Shown piece by piece: positions 1 to 8,796 of a stretch of DNA of 64,000 nt; within the stretch, counting starts at the first letter, position 1, and every line of letters starts with the position of its first letter. The notes beneath the pieces were generated by a model. That model was not told the DNA's origin. It did no database searches and was given only the letters and a program-made list of their open reading frames with translations. Position numbers and translations under genes: made by a program. Location of the stretch: positions 106,318 through 170,317 of the forward strand of contig CAVYJK010000032.1 in the NCBI GenBank assembly GCA_963768765.1. Reading direction: 5' to 3'. Source of the stretch: an uncultured delta proteobacterium. Its GTDB lineage: Bacteria; Desulfobacterota; Desulfobaccia; Desulfobaccales; 0-14-0-80-60-11.

Positions 1-727
1 AGTCCGCTTCCCGGCCGTGCAAGGCCAGGAACCTGCGGGTCTGCTCATCCGCGGGGAAAATGGAGGTGGTAGCCCCCAGCTCCGCCCCCAGGTTGGTGAT
101 GGCGGCCCGCTCGGGCACGCTGAGATGGCGCAGGGCCGGGCCGAAAAACTCCAGGATCTTGCCCCGACCGCCTTTCACGGTCAGGCGGCCCAAAAGCTCC
201 AGGATGACGTCCCTGGCCGAAACCCAGGCCGGGAAGCGGCCCGTCAGGCGCACCCCCAGGATTTCCGGCATGACGAGATAAAAGGGCTGGCCGGCCAGGG
301 CCAGGGCCACGTCCAGACCCCCAGCCCCGAAGGCCAGCATGCCGGCGCCGCCCGCGGTGGGAGTATGGCTGTCGGAGCCCAACAGGGTCTTGCCCGGCAC
401 GCTGAAACTCTCCAGATGCACCTGGTGGGAGATGCCGTTTCCGGGCGGAGAAAAATAGAGGCCGTAGCGGGCCGCGATGGTGCGCAAAAACCGGTGGTCG
501 TCGGCGTTGCGAAAGTCCGTCTGGGGCAGATTGTGGTCCACATAACTCACCGCCACCTCGGGCCGGACCCGGTTCACCCCCATGGCCTCAAACTCCAGAT
601 AAGCCAGGGTGCCGGTGGCATCTTGAGTCAAGGTGTGATCAATCTTCAGACCAACTTCGGCCCCGGCCTCCAACTCCCCGGAAACCAGATGGGCCGCCAT
701 CACCTGCTCGACTATGGTTTTGGACAT
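1..727 (-). CDS. aconitate hydratase family protein, N-terminal part (gene runs off the window start)
   Basis: Not in the ORF track because there is no stop in the window. Reverse translation from ATG at 727 gives MSKTIVEQVMAAHLVSGELEAG..KIDHTLTQDATGT..GKTLLGSDSHTPTAGGAGMLAFGAGG. The IDHTLTQD and GSDSHT motifs are typical of aconitase-family dehydratases. Confidence 0.8.
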   Translation of the reverse strand, partial: MSKTIVEQVMAAHLVSGELEAGAEVGLKIDHTLTQDATGTLAYLEFEAMGVNRVRPEVAVSYVDHNLPQTDFRNADDHRFLRTIAARYGLYFSPPGNGISHQVHLESFSVPGKTLLGSDSHTPTAGGAGMLAFGAGGLDVALALAGQPFYLVMPEILGVRLTGRFPAWVSARDVILELLGRLTVKGGRGKILEFFGPALRHLSVPERAAITNLGAELGATTSIFPADEQTRRFLALHGREAD

Positions 728-1625
728 ATCTATGTTCCCTTCGGGAATGATTATTGGGGGAGGGAGCTAAGGGCCCACGGCCACTTACAATCCCTCCCCC
801 AAGCCCCCACCCCCAATCCCTTAAGGGGTGATTTATGAGGCCGGGGAAGTCGGGCCCCTGGCCCGCCTCCCCCGGCCAACTTACGCGGGTTGGGAGGGGG
901 GTTTGGGGGAGGGCAGGGACTCTTAGTCCCTGGCCCTCCCCCAAATTCCTCATATATTCTATCAGAACATCGGGGCGGTTGCTGCCGATGACGTCCGGGT
1001 TCATGGTCAGGTACGGTTTCACGGTGTCGACACGGTCGATGTTCCAGATACAGACCAGGAGGCCGTGTTCATGGGCCGCGGCCACCAGGTCGGCGGTGAC
1101 GTAGGCGTATTGCAGCACCAGGGCGTCGGCCCGGGCGGCCCGGGCCAGGCCCACAGGGTCCGCGGGGCAGCCCACCAGGAGGGCGCCGGTCCGGAGCCGG
1201 GGCTCGGCTTCCTTCATGGCCTTGATGGCCGGGTGCCAGAAGGAGATGACGCCGGCGTCCCGGAAGGCCCGGCGCTCCCGAAAAAAGCCCAGGAGGGCGG
1301 CCGCGGCCTCCGGTTCCTTCATCTCCACCAACAGGCGGGCCCGGCCCCGGACCAGGTTAAGGGCCTCCTCCAGGGAGGGAATCGCCTCACCCTTCCCGGC
1401 ATCCAGCTTCTTGAGCTCCGTTAGGGTGAAGTCCCTGACCCGGCCCCGGCCGTTGGTGGTGCGCTCTAACGTGGCGTCGTGGATCACCGCCAGGCGGCCG
1501 TCTTTGGTGAGATGCACGTCAAGTTCCACCGCGGCCACCCCCATCTCCAGAGCCCGCCTGAAGGAGCGCAGGGTGTTTTCCGGTTCATAAGCCGGAGCGC
1601 CCCGGTGGCCCATGATCTTAACCAT
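639..1625 (-). CDS. glycerophosphodiester phosphodiesterase (GDPD family) with repeat-derived C-terminal extension
   Basis: MVKIMGHRGAPAYEPENTLRSFRRALEMGVAAVELDVHLTKDGRLAVIHD matches the GDPD signature. Family-like sequence ends near ..PDVLIEYMRN (about position 955). The last ~100 codons read through repeats 756-948 and overlap the aconitase start, so the 3' end is uncertain. Confidence 0.8.
   Translation of the reverse strand: MVKIMGHRGAPAYEPENTLRSFRRALEMGVAAVELDVHLTKDGRLAVIHDATLERTTNGRGRVRDFTLTELKKLDAGKGEAIPSLEEALNLVRGRARLLVEMKEPEAAAALLGFFRERRAFRDAGVISFWHPAIKAMKEAEPRLRTGALLVGCPADPVGLARAARADALVLQYAYVTADLVAAAHEHGLLVCIWNIDRVDTVKPYLTMNPDVIGSNRPDVLIEYMRNLGEGQGLRVPALPQTPLPTRVSWPGEAGQGPDFPGLINHPLRDWGWGLGGGIVSGRGPLAPSPNNHSRREHRYVQNHSRAGDGGPSGFRGVGGRGRSWSED
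756..948. repeat. nested G-rich palindromic repeat elements (C-type copy 756-828; D+B composite 841-948)
   Basis: The C-type ~70-nt unit recurs at 9087-9157 and 37747-37817, and inverted at 34293-34359 and 45307-45373. The composite 841-948 recurs inverted at 45188-45300. Hairpin: GGGGGAGGGCAGGGAC-tctta-GTCCCTGGCCCTCCCCC. Confidence 0.85.
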
Positions 1626-1862
1626 CGAAAACCTTTCTCACTGCCAGCCGCCCAGGGCGGCGGGAAGATACCGATTTGCGGCTGGAGCCGTTAAATAATC
1701 ATATTCCTTAACGTCTCTGAAAGCCAGTTGCCGGGTAATAAAAACCTGGCGAATCTCCTTGCCCGGGTCCCGTTAGCCGGGATTTGGGGCTTGCCCTTTG
1801 CGCCCCCAGGCCATATCGTATATTAGTGAAAGGATGAACGACTGGCAAGGCGGGAGGCGACG

Positions 1863-2270
1863 GTGAGCTGGTACTTCTTTTCCCTGTTGGCCTTGGGACT
1901 GTGGGGGATTTGGGGCTTTTTGAGCAAAGTGGCCACCCAGTTCCTGCCGTCCCCCGCGGTGTATCTCCTTTCCATCTGCGGCCACCTGGCGGTCATCGGC
2001 TACCTGGGGGTGGCGGGTGGGCTGGCCGTGCCCTGGCATCCCCTGGGGGTGGGGGTGGCCCTGGCGGCCGGGGTTTGCATGGCCTTCGGCCTGCTCAGCT
2101 TCTTCCAGGCCCTGGCCGCCGGTCCCGCCACCGTGGTGGTGCCCCTCACCGCCCTCTACCCGGTGGTGACCGTGGTCTTGAGCTGGATCGCGCTGCACGA
2201 AAACCTGGCCCCCCGCCACCTGGCCGGCATCGCCCTGGCCCTGCTGGCGGTGTGGCTGCTGTCCAAATAG
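1863..2270 (+). CDS. EamA-like / DMT-superfamily small membrane transporter
   Basis: 135-aa strongly hydrophobic ORF with about 4 predicted TM segments (MSWYFFSLLALGLWGIWGFLSK..ALLAVWLLSK). GTG start. Confidence 0.55.
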   Translation: MSWYFFSLLALGLWGIWGFLSKVATQFLPSPAVYLLSICGHLAVIGYLGVAGGLAVPWHPLGVGVALAAGVCMAFGLLSFFQALAAGPATVVVPLTALYPVVTVVLSWIALHENLAPRHLAGIALALLAVWLLSK

Positions 2271-2279
2271 GAGCCGACC

Positions 2280-2736
2280 GTGACGGAATCTTCCCAGCCC
2301 CCCGGCCCCCGGGAGGTGCGCATCCTGGCCCTGGACGTGGGCGAGAAGCGCATCGGCCTGGCCGTCAGCGACCCTCTGGGGATCACGGCTCAGGGGCTGG
2401 AGGTCCTGGTGCGCCGGGACCCGGAGACGGACCTGGCCCGGCTCCTGGAGGTGGCCCGGAAGTGGGGCGTCCAGGAAATCGTCCTGGGCCTGCCCGCGTC
2501 ATATGGACGGCCGCCTGGGCCAGGCCGCCCCGAAGATCCTGGAGCTGGCCCGGGAGCTTTCGGCAGCCCTGGGGGTGAAGGTTACCACCTGGGACGAGCG
2601 CCTCACCACCGTGGAGGCCGAACGGGTGCTGCTACAGGCGGACCTGAGCCGCCGGCGCCGGCGCCAGGTGGTGGATCAACTGGCCGCAGTCCTGATCCTG
2701 CAAGGCTACCTGGACCACCGGGGGCGGCGCCCTTGA
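2280..2736 (+). CDS. ruvX: Holliday-junction resolvase-like protein RuvX/YqgF, disrupted by a 1-nt frameshift near 2496 as sequenced
   Basis: The N-terminal part VRILALDVGEKRIGLAVSD..IVLGLP (frame of 2280) continues as RHMDGRLGQAAPK..WDERLTTVEAE in the frame of ORF 2503..2736. Total length is 457 nt (mod 3 = 1). Confidence 0.8.
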
Positions 2737-3017
2737 GTCCAGGGTGGCAATTGCCGTTGCCGACTCCTTCCTGAAAAGAAACGGCTTTCCCGGCACCTCC
2801 CTTCAGTCGTTCCCTCCCTGCCAAATTCTCGGCATTGCCCTAAAAAAACCCGGAAGTGGGGGATATCTTCCGGTCCTGCCCCCATATCTTTTGAAAAATG
2901 GGCCCAAAACCCACTGAGGTGGGTTCCACGGTCCCAGGCTTTTCCTACCCCTTGCAAGTCCGCATCTGGTTTCGGTTTTCCCGGCGCAAATATTTTTTTT
3001 CCAGGAGCGTTTTTTTC

Positions 3018-3047
3018 TTGACATCTCCCTAAAAAGGGGCGTATTTT
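3018..3047 (+). promoter_or_regulatory. candidate sigma70 promoter of the dcw cluster (Pmra)
   Basis: TTGACA at 3018-3023, an 18-nt spacer, then TATTTT at 3042-3047, about 50 nt upstream of the mraZ ATG. Confidence 0.5.
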
Positions 3048-3055
3048 ACCTCGCA

Positions 3056-3090
3056 GTGGTAAAAAGTGGGAGTTAGTGGGGATTAATGGG
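3056..3090 (+). promoter_or_regulatory. candidate MraZ operator: four direct GTGGG-type boxes with exact 10-bp phasing
   Basis: GTGGT at 3056, GTGGG at 3066, GTGGG at 3076 and ATGGG at 3086. They lie between the promoter and the mraZ start. MraZ is known to bind phased TGGGN direct repeats at Pmra. Confidence 0.6.
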
Positions 3091-3096
3091 GGGAGG

Positions 3097-3531
3097 ATGT
3101 TCACCGGTAGCTACTTCCATTTCATGGATAACAAAGGCAGGGTCAGCATCCCGTCCCGCTACCGGGAAATCTTACAGGAACGCAAAGATCGCCAGCTCAT
3201 CCTCACCAATTTCGGGGGCTACATCCTGGCCTTTCCCCAGTCGGAATGGGCGAAAATCGAGGCCAAGTTTGCGGAGCAGCCCCTCTTCCGCAAAGAAATC
3301 AGAGCCTTCCAGCGGTTTCTGATCTCCGGGGTGGAGGAGTGCCCCCTGGACCGTCAGGGCCGCATCCTCGTTCCCCCCAATCTCCGGGACTATGCCAAAC
3401 TCAATCGGGAAGTCTGCCTGGTGGGCGCCATCCGCTGCTTTGAGGTCTGGGACCGCCAGAGCTACGAAACCCACCGGAAACAGTTGGAAGAATCCATTAC
3501 TGAAGAGGTCTTACACGAATTGTTAATTTAA
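3097..3531 (+). CDS. mraZ: transcriptional regulator MraZ
   Basis: MFTGSYFHFMDNKGRVSIPSRYRE.. with a second SpoVT/AbrB-like half (DRQGRILVPPNLRDYA). RBS GGGAGG lies before the ATG at 3097. First gene of the dcw cluster. Confidence 0.9.
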   Translation: MFTGSYFHFMDNKGRVSIPSRYREILQERKDRQLILTNFGGYILAFPQSEWAKIEAKFAEQPLFRKEIRAFQRFLISGVEECPLDRQGRILVPPNLRDYAKLNREVCLVGAIRCFEVWDRQSYETHRKQLEESITEEVLHELLI

Positions 3532-3563
3532 GCGACGACCACAACCCGGTCCATGAACCGGTT

Positions 3564-4433
3564 ATGGTGACGGAGGTGCTGGTGGGTCTCGATTGCCGGC
3601 CTGGCCGCCTGTATGCGGATGGCACCGTGGGTGAGGGGGGGCACGCCGCGGCCATCCTGGACCGCACCGCCCCGGACGGCAAACTTTGGGGGTTGGATCA
3701 AGATCCTGCGGCCCTCGAGGCGGCCGGCGCCCGGCTGGCCCGCCACACCTCCAGATTTCAACTTTTTCATCGCTCGTACACACAATTGGGGGAGCTTCTG
3801 GACACGGCGCAGGTACCGGGGGTAGCCGGAATTCTCCTGGACCTGGGCCTCTCTTCTTATCAACTGCAACAATCACACCGGGGGTTCTCTTTTGCCGGGG
3901 ACGAGCCGCTGGACATGCGGTTCAACCCCGAATCCGGAAGGCCCACGGCCGCCAGGCTCCTGAACACCGCGTCCCAGGAAAAGCTGGAGATGATTTTCCG
4001 GGACTATGGGGAGGAGCGCCGGGCCCGACGCATCGCCCGGCTAGTGGTGCAGACCCGGCGGCGGAAGCCTTTCGAGACCACCCGGCAGTTGGTGGACGTT
4101 ATTGAACAGGCCCAGGGACCCGGGGGGCGCAGGGGGAGACTGCATCCAGCCACCCGGGTCTTCCAGGCCTTGCGCCTCGCGGTTAACCTGGAACTGGAGC
4201 AACTGGCCGAGTTCCTGGAGCAGGCCCCGGCCTGGCTGGAGCCGGGCGGACGCCTGGTGGTTATCTCTTACCATTCCCTGGAAGACCGTCTGGTAAAGCA
4301 GCGGCTGGTCGCCTGGGAACGCGCCGGAGTGATGAATCGCATCACCCGCAAACCTCTTACCCCAACACCGGATGAGGTGAAGAGAAACCCCCGGTCCCGC
4401 AGCGCCAAGTTACGCATCGCCGAAAAAATTTAG
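3564..4433 (+). CDS. rsmH: 16S rRNA (cytosine1402-N4)-methyltransferase RsmH
   Basis: DGTVGEGGHAAAIL..GLDQDPAAL..ILLDLGLSSYQL..ISYHSLEDRLVK motifs. The conserved H-x-P-V-M motif lies upstream of and across the listed ATG, so the true start is unresolved. Confidence 0.85.
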   Translation: MVTEVLVGLDCRPGRLYADGTVGEGGHAAAILDRTAPDGKLWGLDQDPAALEAAGARLARHTSRFQLFHRSYTQLGELLDTAQVPGVAGILLDLGLSSYQLQQSHRGFSFAGDEPLDMRFNPESGRPTAARLLNTASQEKLEMIFRDYGEERRARRIARLVVQTRRRKPFETTRQLVDVIEQAQGPGGRRGRLHPATRVFQALRLAVNLELEQLAEFLEQAPAWLEPGGRLVVISYHSLEDRLVKQRLVAWERAGVMNRITRKPLTPTPDEVKRNPRSRSAKLRIAEKI

Positions 4434-4459
4434 GTTAGTGAACGGGGAGGTAGTGGGGG

Positions 4460-4810
4460 ATGCCCAGCAACTTGACTCTTCGACTGACTGCCGCAGGACA
4501 TGAATTTGTCTCTAAAAACCGCAAGTTGAGCCACCCCTGGCGCCTGGGGAGAATCGTGGTAGGGGCCGTGGTCCTGGCCACCGCCGGGGTGCTGTTCACC
4601 TCCGTCTTTCTGGCCTGGGCCGATCTGCAGTACATCACTCAGAGCTACCAGATCTCTCAGGCCCAGGAGGCCCAGAAACAATACCTGGATCTGAACAACA
4701 AGTTGCGCATCGAGCTGGCCAGCCTCTCGGCCATTTCCCGTCTGGAAAAACTGGCAGCGGAATATGGCATGGGGGCCCCCCAGCCCTCCCAGGTCGTGAA
4801 ACTGCCGTGA
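4460..4810 (+). CDS. ftsL: cell division protein FtsL-like
   Basis: 116-aa protein with a single TM (IVVGAVVLATAGVLFTSVFLAW) followed by a coiled-coil region. It sits at the canonical position between rsmH and ftsI. Confidence 0.7.
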   Translation: MPSNLTLRLTAAGHEFVSKNRKLSHPWRLGRIVVGAVVLATAGVLFTSVFLAWADLQYITQSYQISQAQEAQKQYLDLNNKLRIELASLSAISRLEKLAAEYGMGAPQPSQVVKLP

Positions 4811-6855
4811 GTCCCGGCATCAACAAATGGGTGCGCTTGCGCATCGGCCTGGTGGGCCTGGGCCTGTTTCTCCTGGGCCTGTGGGTCTGCGGCCGGTTTT
4901 TTTACCTGCAAGCCATCCGGGGGCCGCAACTCCGGGAAGAGTCCACCCGGGAGTACCAGAAGTATTGCCCCGTCCTGCCGGTGCGGGGCACCATCCTGGA
5001 CTGCCGCGGCACGGAGTTGGCGGTCAGCACCCGGGTCTCCTCCGTGGTGGCCCACCCAGCCCAGATCAAGAATGCCGACCGTCTGAGCCGGGAGCTGGCT
5101 CCCATCCTGGGCTTCAAGCCCCGAGAACTGAAGGAGATGTTCACCCGGGCCCGTCCCTTTGTCTGGGTCAAACGCCACCTCACCCCGGAGCGGGAAGCCG
5201 CCTTCCTGGCCTGGCAGGCCAAGGTGGAGCAGAAGACCCGGGCCGCCGGGGAGACGGGCCGCCGGGACACAGACCCGATCTATCTCATTCCTGAGGCCAA
5301 GCGTTATTATCCCCAGCTCTCCCTGGCCGGCCAGGTGCTGGGGTTCTGTAACATCGACTGCCAGGGCCTGGAAGGGCTGGAGTTCCAGTTCGACCACGAA
5401 CTTTACGGCAAACCCAAGCAGTACTGGAAGACGATGGACGCCCGGGGCCACATCGTGGACACCGGGGAGAAGGCCTGGGACCCTGAGGTCATGGGCAACA
5501 ACCTGGTCCTGACGCTGGACCGCACCCTGCAGTACATTGCGGAGAAGGAACTGGCCCAGGGAGTGGAAAGGTTTCACGCCGCCGGTGGGATGGCCCTGGT
5601 GGTGCGGCCCCAAACCGGTGAGATCCTGGCCATGGCCCAGGTGCCGTCCCTCGACCCCAACCGCCAGGCCCAATACCCGGAAGAAACCCACCACAACCGC
5701 ATTCTGACGGACTGCCTGGAGCCCGGCTCCACTTACAAGATCTTCATCGCCGCCTCGGCCCTGGACGCCCACGTGGTGAAGCCCACGGACAAGTTACATT
5801 GCGAAAACGGCGTCTGGGTCCTGGGACCCAAGGAAGTGATTCACGACGTGCATCCTTACGGGACCCTGACGGTGCAGCAGGTGATTCAAAAATCCAGCAA
5901 CATCGGGGCCGCCAAGATTGCCACCAAAACGGGCGGACCCCGCCTGGACCGCTACCTGCGGGATTTCGGCTTTGGCCGCAAATCCGGCATCCAGTTTCCG
6001 GGAGAAACCGCGGGCATTTTGAAGAACCTCCGCCTGACCCGTTCGCTCATCGACCGGGCCACCCTGGCCTTCGGACAGGGGGTGTCCGTCACTTCGTTAC
6101 AGATGACCATGGCCCTGGCCGCCATGGGCAATGGCGGGGTCTTGATGGAGCCTCACCTGGTGAAAGCGGTGGTCAATCCTTATGGGAAAATAGTCCGGGA
6201 ATTCCAACCCCACCCCATCCGCCGGGTGCTTTCTCAGCAAACGGCCCAGCAGATGCTGGCCATCATGGAGACCGTGACTCAGCCCGGCGGCACCGCCAAG
6301 GAGGCGGCCCCCGAAGGTTTCACGGTGGCCGGCAAGACCGGCACCGCCCAGAAGCTGGTGGGCCGGACCTATTCCCACAGCAAGTTTAACGCCCTGTTCA
6401 TCGGTCTGATTCCGGCCGACAAACCGGTGCTGGCCATCTCCGTCATCCTGGACGAACCCAAGGGCGCCATCTACGGCGGCGTGGTGGCGGCCCCCATCTT
6501 CCGGGAGATCGCGGCCCAATCGATGCGGGTCCTGGGTTATTACCCCCAAAAGGAATTGGAAAAGGACAAGAACGCCCCGGTGCTGGCCGGCATACTGCCC
6601 ACTCCGGCCCTGGCCGCCCCGGCGCCCCAGCCGGTCGCCTTTACGCCGACCAAGCTGGAGATCCCCAAAGAGCCTCTGAAAGTGATGCCGAACCTGCGGG
6701 GCTATACTATTCGGCAAGTAATCAATCTCTTGCATAAGTCCGGGTTGCGCTGCCGGGTGGAAGGCAGCGGCATGGCCGTGAGTCAGGAGCCGGCGCCGGG
6801 AACCGAGCTCAGCCCCGGCACCAGCTGCCGGGTGAAATTCAAGTCCAATTCCTGA
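4807..6855 (+). CDS. ftsI: peptidoglycan D,D-transpeptidase FtsI (PBP3-like) with C-terminal PASTA domain
   Basis: Transpeptidase motifs STYK (GSTYKIF), SSN (KSSNIG) and KTG (GKTGTA). C-terminal PASTA-like MPNLRGYTIRQVINLLHKSGL. GTGA overlap with the ftsL stop. Confidence 0.9.
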   Translation: MSPGINKWVRLRIGLVGLGLFLLGLWVCGRFFYLQAIRGPQLREESTREYQKYCPVLPVRGTILDCRGTELAVSTRVSSVVAHPAQIKNADRLSRELAPILGFKPRELKEMFTRARPFVWVKRHLTPEREAAFLAWQAKVEQKTRAAGETGRRDTDPIYLIPEAKRYYPQLSLAGQVLGFCNIDCQGLEGLEFQFDHELYGKPKQYWKTMDARGHIVDTGEKAWDPEVMGNNLVLTLDRTLQYIAEKELAQGVERFHAAGGMALVVRPQTGEILAMAQVPSLDPNRQAQYPEETHHNRILTDCLEPGSTYKIFIAASALDAHVVKPTDKLHCENGVWVLGPKEVIHDVHPYGTLTVQQVIQKSSNIGAAKIATKTGGPRLDRYLRDFGFGRKSGIQFPGETAGILKNLRLTRSLIDRATLAFGQGVSVTSLQMTMALAAMGNGGVLMEPHLVKAVVNPYGKIVREFQPHPIRRVLSQQTAQQMLAIMETVTQPGGTAKEAAPEGFTVAGKTGTAQKLVGRTYSHSKFNALFIGLIPADKPVLAISVILDEPKGAIYGGVVAAPIFREIAAQSMRVLGYYPQKELEKDKNAPVLAGILPTPALAAPAPQPVAFTPTKLEIPKEPLKVMPNLRGYTIRQVINLLHKSGLRCRVEGSGMAVSQEPAPGTELSPGTSCRVKFKSNS

Positions 6856-6973
6856 AGCTTACGGAGCCGGGATTCACTCTTGCCAAGAACTGTAAGTTTT
6901 TATAGGATTAAGCTATCAGGCGGTGGGCCATGAGACTGACTTGCCAGCGCATAAAACTCACGTGACCCCGGAA

Positions 6974-7001
6974 GGGCAGGCCTTGGCGCCTGCCCTTATT
7001 T
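6974..7001 (+). terminator. candidate intrinsic terminator/attenuator after ftsI
   Basis: GGGCAGGC-cttggc-GCCTGCCC followed by TTATTT, inside an AT-richer 185-nt spacer. Confidence 0.45.
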
Positions 7002-7040
7002 GCCAGTCAATAACCAGTCCTGGGTAAGAATTGATCGATA

Positions 7041-8675
7041 TTGCAGTTTGCTCGAGACCCGCATCTCGCTTCCGTAAGCCTCAGGCAGCCGGGGTCTCGG
7101 AAACCTGAACCAGCGCGAGGGCCGGTGCCAGAAGATCGCCTTCCCCCCCGGAAGACTTTGAGAGAGCTGCTCAGCGGCCTTAAGGGCTATCAGGTGCTGG
7201 GTGACGACCGCCGGCCCGTGGCCGGGGTGGCTTACCATTCCCGGGAAGTGGTCCCCGGCGGCATCTTCGTGGCCCTCAAGGGCCACCGCACCGACGGTCA
7301 CCTCTTTCTTGCGGCCAGCCTCGAGGAAGGCGCCCAAGTCATCGTCACCGAGCAGGAGACTGCCGCGCCTCCCGGGGTTACGGTGGTTCAGGTGCCCCAG
7401 GCCAGGCTGGCCCTGGCCCATCTCAGCGCCGCCTTTTACGGCCATCCCAGCCGGGAGCTCATCCTGGTGGGCATCACCGGCACCAACGGCAAGACCAGCA
7501 CCACCTATCTCCTGGAGGCCATTCTGAGCTCCGCCGGGCACCGGGTGGGAGTGGTGGGCACCGTCAACTACCGCCTGGGAGAACTTACCTGGCCGGCCCC
7601 GGTGACCACCCCCGAGTCCCTGGATCTGCAAAGAATGCTGCGGGAGATGCGCCGGCACGGGGCCTCCCACGTCTTCCTGGAGGTCTCGTCCCACGCCCTG
7701 GATTTAAGAAGGGTGGACCAGACGGCCTTCGCGGCCGGCGTCTTCACCAACCTTTCCCAGGATCACCTGGACTACCACCGGGACCTGGACGACTACTTTG
7801 CGGCCAAGGCCCGGCTGTTTCTGGAGCTGTTGCCCAACGGCGACCCCTCTGAGGGGCTGGCGGTCCTCAACCTGGACGACCCCCGGGGCATGGCGCTGCG
7901 GGAGGCGGTCAAGGTCCCCACCCTGACCTACGGGCGGCACCCGGAAAGTCAGGTGCGGCCCCTGACGCAGCGGTTCCGCCGGGACGGCCTCACGGTGCGG
8001 CTCGCCACCCCGGCAGGGGAAGTGGAGATCAACTCCCGACTGGTGGGCCCCTTCAATCTCTCCAATATCCTGGCGGCCGTGGCCACGGCCCTGGGATTGG
8101 GCCTGGACCCCGCCACGGTGGCCCGGGGTATTGCCTCGCTCCGCGGGGTGCCGGGAAGGCTGGAGCGCTTCGGCCCGCCGCAGGGCCCCGCGGTGTTCGT
8201 GGATTACGCCCACACCCCCGTGGCGGTGACCCAGGCCCTGGCGGCCTTGCAAACGCTCAACTTTACCCGCCTGATCACCGTGTTCGGCTGCGGCGGGGAC
8301 CGGGACCGCAGCAAGCGGCCCTTGATGGGCCAGGCGGCCGCGGCCGGGTCCCAACTGGTGATCGTCACCAGCGACAACCCCCGCAGCGAGGACCCGGAGG
8401 CCATCATCCACCAGATCGAACCGGGGCTGGCGGCGGCCAGCCTGGCCCCCGTCACCGAGGCCGCGGCCCGGCGGGGGGCGCGCGGCTACCTGGTGGTTCC
8501 CGACCGGCGGGAGGCCATCCGCCTGGCGGTACAGCTGGCCGGACCCGGCGACGGAGTCCTGGTGGCCGGCAAGGGCCATGAAAATTACCAGATCTGGGGA
8601 GCCGAGAGACGCCATTTCGACGACCGGGAAGAAGTTGCCGAAGCCCTGTCAGAATTTTGTAAAGACGATTTGTAA
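7041..8675 (+). CDS. murE: UDP-N-acetylmuramoyl-L-alanyl-D-glutamate--2,6-diaminopimelate ligase MurE
   Basis: GITGTNGKTSTT P-loop, ..DYAHTP.., ..DNPRSEDP.. The start is uncertain: TTG at 7041 or in-frame GTG at 7125. Confidence 0.9.
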   Translation: MQFARDPHLASVSLRQPGSRKPEPARGPVPEDRLPPRKTLRELLSGLKGYQVLGDDRRPVAGVAYHSREVVPGGIFVALKGHRTDGHLFLAASLEEGAQVIVTEQETAAPPGVTVVQVPQARLALAHLSAAFYGHPSRELILVGITGTNGKTSTTYLLEAILSSAGHRVGVVGTVNYRLGELTWPAPVTTPESLDLQRMLREMRRHGASHVFLEVSSHALDLRRVDQTAFAAGVFTNLSQDHLDYHRDLDDYFAAKARLFLELLPNGDPSEGLAVLNLDDPRGMALREAVKVPTLTYGRHPESQVRPLTQRFRRDGLTVRLATPAGEVEINSRLVGPFNLSNILAAVATALGLGLDPATVARGIASLRGVPGRLERFGPPQGPAVFVDYAHTPVAVTQALAALQTLNFTRLITVFGCGGDRDRSKRPLMGQAAAAGSQLVIVTSDNPRSEDPEAIIHQIEPGLAAASLAPVTEAAARRGARGYLVVPDRREAIRLAVQLAGPGDGVLVAGKGHENYQIWGAERRHFDDREEVAEALSEFCKDDL

Positions 8676-8758
8676 AACCGAAAGCAAAGACCTCAAGGAT
8701 GTAAGACAAGGTCTTGTAAAAGATTTTTTAAACGAATATCGATATCTTGAGAGTTTTT

Positions 8759-8796
8759 TCTCCCCCTCCCCTGGCGGGAGGGGCTGGGGGGAGGGA
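8759..8796. repeat. solo L-type G-rich repeat in the murE-murF spacer
   Basis: CTCCCCCTCCCCTGGCGGGAGGGGCTGGGGGGAGGG closely matches 49859-49897 and resembles 15761-15797. Confidence 0.8.

Noticed and set aside
17-838. 273-aa plus-strand ORF at the window start
   Set aside because: It is G/A/P/R-rich and low in complexity. It lies antisense to a minus-strand frame that encodes clear aconitase-family sequence.
4657-5772. Long antisense ORFs throughout the window (4657..5772-, 16789..18012-, 18954..20357-, 20350..21591-, 35273..36289-, 51087..52118+, 52134..52931+, 57674..59062+, 7704..8615-)
   Set aside because: They are typical high-GC shadow ORFs: G/P/R/A/H-rich translations with no motifs. 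Each lies opposite a gene with unambiguous family signatures.
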